The translations under genes and the position numbers were made by a program. Below are positions 37,799-47,735 of a stretch of 64,000 bases of DNA, piece by piece. Each line of letters begins with the position of its first letter. Positions within the stretch are counted from its first letter, which is position 1. The DNA is from Gemmatimonadota bacterium. Lineage in GTDB: Bacteria > Gemmatimonadota > Gemmatimonadetes > Longimicrobiales > Gaopeijiaceae. The DNA is taken from the NCBI GenBank assembly GCA_034521595.1, contig JAXHMG010000002.1, positions 160,001 to 224,000 on the forward strand. The letters are read 5' to 3'. The notes beneath the pieces are model-generated. The model made no database searches. It saw only the letters and a program-made list of their open reading frames with translations, and was not told the DNA's origin.

Positions 37799-38485
37799 AT
37801 GTTCGAGGAACTCCGGGCCGCATTCCGGCAGGCGATCGAGAACTTCAATCGGGAGTTGCACCGCGATGAGGTTCCCGAAACGATCGACGAGCTTCTCAAG
37901 AGCATGCAGCGCGAGCTCGTCGATGTCCGGACCCAACTCTCGGAGCTCGAGGAACAGATCCAGCGAGCTCGCACGGAAGCCGATCACGAGGCCGAGCAGG
38001 CGGAGGCGTGCCGTCGCCGAGAAAAGATGGCCCGCCGGATCGAGGACTCCGAGACCGCCGACCTCGCCGCCGAATACGGAGAGCGGCACACGAAGCGGCA
38101 CACTCTGTTGGAGAAGAAGATCACCGCGCTCGAAGAAGAGCTCTCCTTCCGGCGGAAGGACGCCGAAGAGATGCTGGAGAAGATCCAGGATGCCCGCTCG
38201 GAGCGGGACGGCTTGGCTGCCGCCACCGGCCGCGCGCAGGCCCGCCGGACCTTCACGGAAGCGGACGACCTTTTCTCCGAGCTCGATCGCATGTCCGAAA
38301 AGATCGAAGGCGACCGCCGCGCCGTCGAAGCGGCCGACGCCGTGGAAGGTGTCGATTCGGACCGCTCGTCGGACTTCCACGTGGAGTTCGACCGGAAAGC
38401 CGACGCCCCTCCGGACCTCGACGCCGCGTTGGCCGAGCTGAAACGTCGCATGCGCGAGCGCGACGAAGGCGGCGGCGGTACGTGA
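37799..38485 (+). CDS. PspA/IM30-like coiled-coil protein
   Basis: MFEELRAAFRQAIENF; long heptad region; FSELDRMSEKIE; C-terminal LDAALAELKRRM. Confidence 0.7.
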   Translation: MFEELRAAFRQAIENFNRELHRDEVPETIDELLKSMQRELVDVRTQLSELEEQIQRARTEADHEAEQAEACRRREKMARRIEDSETADLAAEYGERHTKRHTLLEKKITALEEELSFRRKDAEEMLEKIQDARSERDGLAAATGRAQARRTFTEADDLFSELDRMSEKIEGDRRAVEAADAVEGVDSDRSSDFHVEFDRKADAPPDLDAALAELKRRMRERDEGGGGT

Positions 38486-38503
38486 CCCGGCCCGGCGCGC
38501 GCG

Positions 38504-38995
38504 TTACTCCTCGAGGCGCGCGAGGTCTCTGAAGAAGAGGAGCCCCGCACACTCGCCCGAGAGAAAGAGGATGTCCTCCTTGAAGCGCGCGGCGACGGAA
38601 GTCGTGCGCTCCTCCGTCCCATCGACGACCAGATGCCAGTTCCGACCGGCGCTCTCCCCGAGGAAGACGGTCAGCCCTTCCTTCCCCCGGTCAACCAGCT
38701 CGGGGTTGCCGTCCGGTCCGGGCTCGAGCCCGACGAACGAAGTGAAGTCGAGGCGCGCCGGGTCCGCGCGGAGATCCAGCACGATCAGGGGCTCCGGCTC
38801 CGCACTCCGCTCGGTCCTTCGGGAGGGGCTGCTGAGGATCGCACCGCGATCCCCTTCCGCCAGATAGATGATCCTCCACAAGGGTAGCGCGAAGCGTGAG
38901 CGCTCTCCCTCGCCGCCCCAGAGCGCGAACGCGTCTTGAGCGTCGTCGTCCTCGTCGTCGAGGTACGGGCGAATGTCGATGATGCCGTCGGCCAT
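38504..38995 (-). CDS. Hypothetical protein
   Basis: Protein-like composition (FALWGGEGERSRFALPLWR...FLSGECAGLL). Confidence 0.65.
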   Translation of the reverse strand: MADGIIDIRPYLDDEDDDAQDAFALWGGEGERSRFALPLWRIIYLAEGDRGAILSSPSRRTERSAEPEPLIVLDLRADPARLDFTSFVGLEPGPDGNPELVDRGKEGLTVFLGESAGRNWHLVVDGTEERTTSVAARFKEDILFLSGECAGLLFFRDLARLEE

Positions 38996-39140
38996 ATCCC
39001 GAATCAACACCCGTGCGCTCGGCGCGTCAAATCATTGCTCGCCCGCCGTGCCGTCTGGCTCTGTCCAAGCCCTTCGAATACATTCCCTGCGTTGAGCATC
39101 CCTCCATCTCAGGTAACCGGGAAGAGGTTCGGGACCCGAA

Positions 39141-39419
39141 ATGCAGAATTGGATCGGTATCGCGATCTGGATCGTCATGGGCTCGGTCGTCGGGCTCGCC
39201 ATGAAGGCGTTCATCCAGCGCCCCGAGGAGACTCCGGGCCATACGCCCGTCCTGATGGCCCTGGGCGCCTTCGCGGCCGTCATCGGGGGCATGCTCGGCG
39301 TCGGCATCGCCCACCTCCACGAGCCTCTCGCGATCAGCCCGGGGGGGATGGTGGGCGCCGCGGTCTTCTCGGTCATGATGACCTTCGTCTACCGGTGGGG
39401 CCTCCGCACCCTCATCTGA
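39141..39419 (+). CDS. GlsB/YeaQ/YmgE-like small membrane protein
   Basis: WIVMGSVVGLAMK..PG...GAFAAVIGGMLG; three TM segments. Confidence 0.75.
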   Translation: MQNWIGIAIWIVMGSVVGLAMKAFIQRPEETPGHTPVLMALGAFAAVIGGMLGVGIAHLHEPLAISPGGMVGAAVFSVMMTFVYRWGLRTLI

Positions 39420-39483
39420 CGCCGCACTTCGCCGCTCCGCGTTCTCGAGGGAACCGAGCGGGCACCTCCGTCGTCGCCCGAGC

Positions 39484-40851
39484 ATGATGTCCGAACCCTC
39501 GCGATTCATCCGCGAGCGACTCGCTCGCTTCCGGTCCGAGCTCGACGATTTCCTGCGTATCCCCTCCGTGAGCGCGAAGGCGGAGCACGACCCGGACACG
39601 CGCCGCGCTGCGGAGTGGCTCCGAGATCGTCTCTCCGCTGCCGGACTCGAGGCCGAAGTCGTCGAGACGGACCGGCACCCCGTGGTCCTCGGCGAATGGA
39701 GGGGCGCCGGCCCGGACGCTCCGACCGTTCTCGTCTACGGCCACTACGACGTGCAGCCACCGGAGCCGCTCGACGAGTGGACGTCACCGCCGTTCGAGCC
39801 GACGGAGCAGGACGGGCGCATCTACGCACGGGGCTCGGCGGATGACAAGGGCCAGCTCTACATGCACGTCAAGGCGCTCGAGACGCTCCTCGCGACACGG
39901 GGCACGCTCCCGGTGAACGTCGTGGTGCTCGCGGAAGGGGAAGAAGAGATCGGCTCGCCGAGCCTCGTACCGTTCGTGGAGCGGCACATGGACCGACTCG
40001 CGTGCGACCTCGTGCTCATCTCCGACACCGGCATGTTCGCGGAAGGGCTCCCGTCTCTCCTGTTCTCGCTGCGTGGCCTCGCGTACTTCGAGCTCCACGT
40101 GCGCGCTGCGAGCTCCGACCTGCACTCGGGCGAGTATGGAGGAGCCGTGGCGAATCCCGGAAATGCTCTAGCCCGAATCATCGCGTCACTCCACGACGCG
40201 GACGGTCGCGTCGCCATCGAGGGCTTCTACGACGACGTCCTGGACTGGGACGAGGAAACACGCGCGGGCATCGCCGCTCTCCCCCACGACGACGAGGACT
40301 TTCGGCGGCACCTCGACGTCCCGGAGCTCACGGGCGAGCGAGGATACGGGACATTGGAGCGTCTCTGGATCCGCCCGACCTGTGACGTCCACGGTCTCCT
40401 GTGCGGCTACACGGGGGAGGGAGCGAAAACGGTCCTCCCGAACCGCGCGATGGCGAAGCTCAGCTTCCGGCTCGTCCCGGCCCAGAACGATCGCCGGGTC
40501 GGAGAGCTCCTGAGGGCGCACGTGCGCCGGGTCACGCCTCCGGGCGTCGAGGTCGAGGTCCGCGCCCTACACGGAGCCCGACCGTGGCGCGCGAACGTCG
40601 AGGGGCCCGCCTTCGAAGCGGCGGGCGAGGCGCTCGAGGAGGCATTCGGTACCCGACCGGTGGCGACGGGGGGCGGCGGATCGATTCCCATCGTGGTCGA
40701 GCTCGAGGAGCGGCTCGGTGCTCGCGCCCTGCTTGTCGGGTTTTCCCTTCCGGGATGCAACATTCACGCACCGAACGAGTGGCTCTCCGTCGAGAACTTC
40801 GAGCGCGGGATCGAAGCTCTGGTTCGGCTCTACGGGAAGCTGGGCCGCTAG
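39484..40851 (+). CDS. M20 family dipeptidase
   Basis: YGHYDVQP, ARGSADDKGQ, EGEEEIGS, DLHSG, HAPNE. Confidence 0.94.
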   Translation: MMSEPSRFIRERLARFRSELDDFLRIPSVSAKAEHDPDTRRAAEWLRDRLSAAGLEAEVVETDRHPVVLGEWRGAGPDAPTVLVYGHYDVQPPEPLDEWTSPPFEPTEQDGRIYARGSADDKGQLYMHVKALETLLATRGTLPVNVVVLAEGEEEIGSPSLVPFVERHMDRLACDLVLISDTGMFAEGLPSLLFSLRGLAYFELHVRAASSDLHSGEYGGAVANPGNALARIIASLHDADGRVAIEGFYDDVLDWDEETRAGIAALPHDDEDFRRHLDVPELTGERGYGTLERLWIRPTCDVHGLLCGYTGEGAKTVLPNRAMAKLSFRLVPAQNDRRVGELLRAHVRRVTPPGVEVEVRALHGARPWRANVEGPAFEAAGEALEEAFGTRPVATGGGGSIPIVVELEERLGARALLVGFSLPGCNIHAPNEWLSVENFERGIEALVRLYGKLGR

Positions 40852-40864
40852 GGCTGCCGAGCGC

Positions 40865-42367
<1,503 letters not shown>

Positions 42368-42430
42368 GAGGCCGACGGATCCGAGGAGCGGCGGGATGAC
42401 TGATGGGAGCACGCACGCGTGAGCGCTGCA

Positions 42431-44422
42431 ATGTCCGAAGCCTCGGCGGGGGCGTCAACGGCGCTCCTCGCCGTCGACACCGGCGGGACGTTCACCGACC
42501 TGATCATGCGGGTCGGCGACGCGCTCCATACCCTGAAGGTGCCATCCACCCCGGCGGATCCGGCCGAAGCCGTGCTGGAGGGGATCCGCGAGCTCGCCGG
42601 AGAGGGCACGGATTTCGTGCTTCTCCACGGCTCGACCGTGGCCACCAACGCGCTGCTCGAACGGACAGGGGCGCGGGTGGCCCTCGTCACGAACCGGGGC
42701 TTCGAGGACGTCATCGAGATCGGGCGTCAGAACCGGCCACAGCTCTACGCGCTGGTCGGCCGACGCCTCCCACCCCTGGTCGCGCGCGACGATCGTCTGG
42801 GCATCACGGGACGGATCGGTCCGGACGGCACGGAGATCGAGGCCCCGGACCCGGAGGAGCTCGCCGCATTGGCCGACCGAGTGCAGGGGCGCGAAGCGGA
42901 GGCCGTCGCGGTTTCACTGCTCCATGCCTACGCGAGCCCGGAGCACGAGCGGAAGGTCGCCGCGGCCTTCGAGGAGCTTGGCTTGCCGGTTTCGATCTCG
43001 AGCGTCGTGCTTCCCGAGTTCCGGGAATACGAACGCACCGCCACCACCGTCGTGAATGCGTACGTGGCTCCCGTCATGGACCGTTACCTCGGACGTCTCG
43101 AAGCGGAATCGGGCGCGCGACGCACCACCGTCATGGCCTCCAACGGCGGCACCCTCCCCGTGTCCCGAGCACGCCACGAGCCCGTCCACACCGTGCTCTC
43201 CGGGCCGGCGGGCGGCGTGATGGGCGCGCTCGCCTGGGGCCGCCGCTCCGGCCACGAGCACATCCTGACATTCGACATGGGCGGCACGTCGACCGACGTG
43301 TCCCTCTGTCCGGCGCGCCCCCTTCGCACACGGGAGTTCGAGATCGCCGGGCAGCCGGTAGCGGTGCCGGTCATCGACATCCACACCGTCGGAGCGGGAG
43401 GCGGCTCCATCGCGAGGGTCGACGCCGGAGGCGCGCTCCGCGTGGGTCCGGAGAGCGCCGGCGCGGACCCCGGACCGATCTGTTACGGGCGCGGCGGTCA
43501 AGAAGTCACCGTGACCGACGCGCACGTCCGCCTGGGCACGCTTCCGGGCGACGGGTTCCTGGGCGGGTCCCGCGACCTGGATGCGCGCGCGGTCGAAGCT
43601 CCCCTCTCGGCGCTCGCCTCCGCCCTCGGCGCGTCTCCGGCGGAAGCCGCCGAGGGGATCCTGACCGTGGCCAACACCGCGATGGAGCGAGCGCTCCGCG
43701 TCATCTCGGTGGAGCGCGGCTATGACCCGATCGATTTCGCGATCGTGGCGTTCGGCGGAGCGGGCGGCCTGCACGTGGCGGAGCTCACGCGCCGCCTGGG
43801 CGCCGGTCGCGCGATCGTTCCCCCCGATCCCGGGTTGCTGTCGGCGTACGGCATGCTCGCGGCGCCCGTGACCCACGAGCGCTCCCGGACGGTGCTGATC
43901 CGCGAGGACGACCCGGACGCCGAGGTCGGGATCGAGTCCGCGCTGGAGGCGCTCGAGACCGAAGCCGCGTCCGCGATGGCGGCGGACGGCTTCGCGCCCG
44001 ACACACTCTCGGCCGAGCGCTGGATCGACGCGCGATACCACGGTCAGAGCTTCGAGCTCGCGGTTCCGTCCGAGGACTGGGCCGGACGCTTCCACCGAGC
44101 GCACGAGGAGCGCTACGGCTACCGCCGCGACGACGTTCCGGCCGAAGCCGTCACCGTCCGAGTAGTCGTCACCACCCCCCCGCCGGCGCTCGACCCTCCC
44201 GAGCTGGCACCGGCGACCGCACCACCCCCGACCTCCACCACGGAGGTGTATCACCGCGGCGACATGATTCCCGCGGCGCGGGTGCGTCGCGCCGACCTCG
44301 GGGCGGGACACCGCCTGGTCGGGCCCCTCGTCGTCCAGGAGTACAGCGGCACCACGTGGGTGCCTCCCGACTGGACCGTCGAGGTGGACCTTGGAGGATG
44401 CTTACATTTAACTCCCGCTTGA
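42431..44422 (+). CDS. Hydantoinase A / 5-oxoprolinase ATPase subunit
   Basis: DTGGTFTD, HGSTVATNALLE, DMGGTSTD, GAGGGS, SAGADPGP. Confidence 0.94.
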   Translation: MSEASAGASTALLAVDTGGTFTDLIMRVGDALHTLKVPSTPADPAEAVLEGIRELAGEGTDFVLLHGSTVATNALLERTGARVALVTNRGFEDVIEIGRQNRPQLYALVGRRLPPLVARDDRLGITGRIGPDGTEIEAPDPEELAALADRVQGREAEAVAVSLLHAYASPEHERKVAAAFEELGLPVSISSVVLPEFREYERTATTVVNAYVAPVMDRYLGRLEAESGARRTTVMASNGGTLPVSRARHEPVHTVLSGPAGGVMGALAWGRRSGHEHILTFDMGGTSTDVSLCPARPLRTREFEIAGQPVAVPVIDIHTVGAGGGSIARVDAGGALRVGPESAGADPGPICYGRGGQEVTVTDAHVRLGTLPGDGFLGGSRDLDARAVEAPLSALASALGASPAEAAEGILTVANTAMERALRVISVERGYDPIDFAIVAFGGAGGLHVAELTRRLGAGRAIVPPDPGLLSAYGMLAAPVTHERSRTVLIREDDPDAEVGIESALEALETEAASAMAADGFAPDTLSAERWIDARYHGQSFELAVPSEDWAGRFHRAHEERYGYRRDDVPAEAVTVRVVVTTPPPALDPPELAPATAPPPTSTTEVYHRGDMIPAARVRRADLGAGHRLVGPLVVQEYSGTTWVPPDWTVEVDLGGCLHLTPA

Positions 44423-44480
44423 GCCCGCCACTCGGGTTATCTTTTCAACTTCTTCGCCACCTCCCGCAGCGACGTTCACG

Positions 44481-46796
44481 GTGACCGAACCGCGCATGGC
44501 CGCTTCAGAGACGACCCAAGCTCCACTCCCCTCCGCGCCGGAGCTCCGGCCGCCCTACGGCGCCGCGGCGCTCATCGCGGGGGCCGTATTCTTGCTGTAC
44601 ATCGTGACCCTCGCGCCCACGACGGCGTTCTGGGACACGAGCGAGTACATCGCGACCGGGCACATACTCGGGATTCCACACCCGCCCGGGAATCCTCTCT
44701 TCGTCGTGTTGGCGAAGGCGTGGTCCCTCCTGCTCGCACCGCTCGGGCTGGACGTGGCGGTGCGCATCAACCTCTTCAGCTCGTTCATGAGCGCGGCCAC
44801 GCACGGTCTCTGGTTCCTCGTGATCCACCACGTCCTGCGTTACTTCTCGGATGACCGCCGCTTCCGCATGATCGGCGCGACCACGGCGGTGCTCGTCAGC
44901 GCGACGGCGTTCACGGTATGGAGTCAGTCCAACGTGAACGAGAAGGTCTACACGGTCTCGCTCTTCACGATCGCGCTGCTCACGTGGCTCATCTTCCGCT
45001 GGCAGGAGAACCTGGGAAAGGGCAAGGACGACAACCTGCTCGTCTTGATGGTCTTCATCCTCGCGCTGAGCGTGGGCAACCACCTCATGGCGTTCCTGGC
45101 CGCTCCGGCGATCGGGATCTTCATTCTGGCGGTGCACCCGCGTACGCTCCTCAACTGGAAGCTCTATCCGTGGGCGGTCGCCGCGGTCCTCGCCGGGCTG
45201 AGCATCCACCTCTTTCTTCCCATCCGGTCGGCGCTCGGTCCCATCATCAACGAAGCCGCACCGACCTGTCCGGACATCGGCTCGGCCATCGGCGCCGTCG
45301 TCACCTACGGCAATGCAGGGTGCGAAGCGCTCTCGGAGGCCCTCAACCGGACCCAGTACGACAAGCCTCCGCTCATCCCGCGCCAGGCTCCCCTCTGGGA
45401 CCAGCTCGTCAACTACCTGCAGTACTTCGATTGGCAGTGGTCGCGCTCGCTGGACGGAGCGCAATCCGTTTTCGCGGGGGCCCGCATCCCGTTCACCATG
45501 CTCTTCACCGGGCTCGGCGTGTGGGGCGCGTACGAGCACCTGCGCCGCGATCGAGTCAGCTTTTATTACATGGGCGTGCTCTTCGTGACGCTTTCGTTCG
45601 GGCTCGTCTACTACCTCAACTTCAAGCACGGCTACTCGCTGGAAGCGCCCAGGCCCGACCGTAGCCTCCACGAGGTTCGCGAGCGGGACTACTTCTTCAT
45701 CGCGAGCTTCTCGGTCTGGGGACTCTGGGCCGGCATGGGCATCGTGACGCTCTGGCGGGAGGCGGCGTCCGAGTTCAAGACCACGATGGCCAAGGCGAGC
45801 CCCGTGCTCGCCCTCGCGCTCATTCCGCTGATGCTCAACTGGGGTTGGGCGGACCGCAGCTACGACTACTCCGCGCGAGACTGGGCCCACAACCTCCTCA
45901 TGAGCGTGGAACCGTACGGCGTCATCTTCACGAACGGGGACAACGACACCTTCCCGCTCTGGTACCTCCAAGAGGTGGAAGGCGTCCGGAGGGACGTCAC
46001 GGTCATCGTCACGTCCTACCTGAACACGGAGTGGTACACACTCCAACTCAAGGCGCTCACGCGTCCGTGCCCGGAGGGTGTCGACCCGTCGTCGGACTGG
46101 ACCGTCATCCAATGCCAGCGCCCCTACACGGCGGAGAACACCAACGCGGCATACGTGGCCGAGCCCGAAGCGTCGGGCGAGAAGACGCCGCTTCTGCTCG
46201 ACGAGCCGGTCTCTCCGCCGAGCGGCCCCGTGCTCTCCCTCAGCGACGAGCAGATCGGGCGGGTGGCCGCCTCGTACACGCCCATCGAGGAGACGCAGCA
46301 TCTGCAGCTCGGCGAGGTCGTGGCCAGGATCGAAGCGGGCTCCTACCTCGCGCCCTGGCAGCAATTCGCCCTCAACCTCGTCAACGAGTCGATCGGGGAA
46401 CGCCCCATCTATTTCGCTTCCAGCGGCAACGCCGCCGGCTCCCTGGGGCTTCAACCATACCTCGTACGGCACGGGCTGGCGTTCAAGCTGCACAACGGGG
46501 CACTCGAAGAAGCCGGCCAAGATGTCGTGGAGCTGGAGCAGTCGCCGTACACGTCAGTGACGGGCAACTGGGTGGACGTCCCGCGGACCCGGAAGTTGTT
46601 CGAGGACGTGTTCGTACACCGCTCGGGGATCCCCGACGAATGGTCTCACTGGCCCGATCTGGCCACGATCGGCATTCCGAACTACTACTCGTGGGGATAC
46701 CTGGCGTTGACCCAGGCAGCCGTGCAGGCCGAAGATTCGGACCTCGTCGACCACTATCGAGCGCGCGCCGAGGCCTGGGCCGAGCTGGGCAGCTGA
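44481..46796 (+). CDS. DUF2723 / TMEM260-like GT-C glycosyltransferase
   Basis: FWDTSEY, GIPHPPG, EVRERDYFF, TNGDNDTFPLWYLQEVEG; multiple TM segments. Confidence 0.88.
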   Translation: MTEPRMAASETTQAPLPSAPELRPPYGAAALIAGAVFLLYIVTLAPTTAFWDTSEYIATGHILGIPHPPGNPLFVVLAKAWSLLLAPLGLDVAVRINLFSSFMSAATHGLWFLVIHHVLRYFSDDRRFRMIGATTAVLVSATAFTVWSQSNVNEKVYTVSLFTIALLTWLIFRWQENLGKGKDDNLLVLMVFILALSVGNHLMAFLAAPAIGIFILAVHPRTLLNWKLYPWAVAAVLAGLSIHLFLPIRSALGPIINEAAPTCPDIGSAIGAVVTYGNAGCEALSEALNRTQYDKPPLIPRQAPLWDQLVNYLQYFDWQWSRSLDGAQSVFAGARIPFTMLFTGLGVWGAYEHLRRDRVSFYYMGVLFVTLSFGLVYYLNFKHGYSLEAPRPDRSLHEVRERDYFFIASFSVWGLWAGMGIVTLWREAASEFKTTMAKASPVLALALIPLMLNWGWADRSYDYSARDWAHNLLMSVEPYGVIFTNGDNDTFPLWYLQEVEGVRRDVTVIVTSYLNTEWYTLQLKALTRPCPEGVDPSSDWTVIQCQRPYTAENTNAAYVAEPEASGEKTPLLLDEPVSPPSGPVLSLSDEQIGRVAASYTPIEETQHLQLGEVVARIEAGSYLAPWQQFALNLVNESIGERPIYFASSGNAAGSLGLQPYLVRHGLAFKLHNGALEEAGQDVVELEQSPYTSVTGNWVDVPRTRKLFEDVFVHRSGIPDEWSHWPDLATIGIPNYYSWGYLALTQAAVQAEDSDLVDHYRARAEAWAELGS

Positions 46797-46847
46797 GCCG
46801 GCCGGCCCACTCCCCGTGACGCGCTCATTCCTCGGACCCCGACACTC

Positions 46848-47228
46848 ATGCGCACGATCTCGACCCCCGACGCACCCGAGCCCAAGGGGCACTACAGCCA
46901 GGCCATCGTGCATGGTGGCCTCGTTTACGTGGCAGGCCAGCTCGCGACCGACCCGAGTGACCCCGACGCGGACCCCGGTGATGCCGGTGAGCAGACCCGG
47001 CTCATCTTCCGGAACATCGAAGCGATCCTGGGCGCCGCGGGCTCCAGCCTGGATCGGCTGCTCCAGGTCACCATCTACGTCTCGGACATCGGGGCCTGGG
47101 CGACGGTGAACGACGCCTTCGCCGACGCGCTGGGCGACCACCGCCCCACTCGAGCCATCGTGCCGGTCGCGACCCTCCCACCGGGACGGGAGGTGGAAGT
47201 CGTCGCCATCGCCGCCGTGGACGAATAG
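46848..47228 (+). CDS. RidA/YjgF family protein
   Basis: GHYSQA, YVAGQL, RPTRAIVPVATLP, VEVVAIA. Confidence 0.92.
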   Translation: MRTISTPDAPEPKGHYSQAIVHGGLVYVAGQLATDPSDPDADPGDAGEQTRLIFRNIEAILGAAGSSLDRLLQVTIYVSDIGAWATVNDAFADALGDHRPTRAIVPVATLPPGREVEVVAIAAVDE

Positions 47229-47274
47229 AGGAAACGGAGGCGTCGGCTCGGCCGCTCCGTGCTCGGCGTGGTGC

Positions 47275-47601
47275 TCAGCCTTTGCGCGGCAAGGTCATGT
47301 TGTCCAGGAAGCGCCGGTCCTTGCTCGAGAGCGCCTGGACGCCTTCCTCGTCGATACGGTGGAGGAGGCGCTCGACCTCCTCCCGGTTCAGCGGGTGCAA
47401 CCGCTCGACCTCGATAGCTCCCCACCGCTCGCGATCTTCCTGCTCCCGTACTGCCGGCGCCGCGTAGTGGGAGTTCGGCGCCTCCACTCGCCTCGCCTCC
47501 GCAATCCGCCGACGGCGCCGGGCCACGTACGCCCGGCGCAGCGCATATCCGCCCATCACCACGGCCATGGCCATGGCCAGGCCCATCATCCACACATCCA
47601 T
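47275..47601 (-). CDS. Small membrane-anchored protein with DUF6576-like C-terminus
   Basis: N-terminal TM; VERLLHRIDEEGVQALSSKDRRFLD. Confidence 0.65.
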   Translation of the reverse strand: MDVWMMGLAMAMAVVMGGYALRRAYVARRRRRIAEARRVEAPNSHYAAPAVREQEDRERWGAIEVERLHPLNREEVERLLHRIDEEGVQALSSKDRRFLDNMTLPRKG

Positions 47602-47735
47602 AAGCGCTTGCAACCGTGTACCTCGTCCTGCCCCGCTGCATTCGCGGGGACGCCGCCCTCAACATGATGCGACGGGGACGGCGGACGAAAGGTTGCGTGA
47701 CACGACCCGCGGGCGGGCCGGGAACGCAAGGACCC

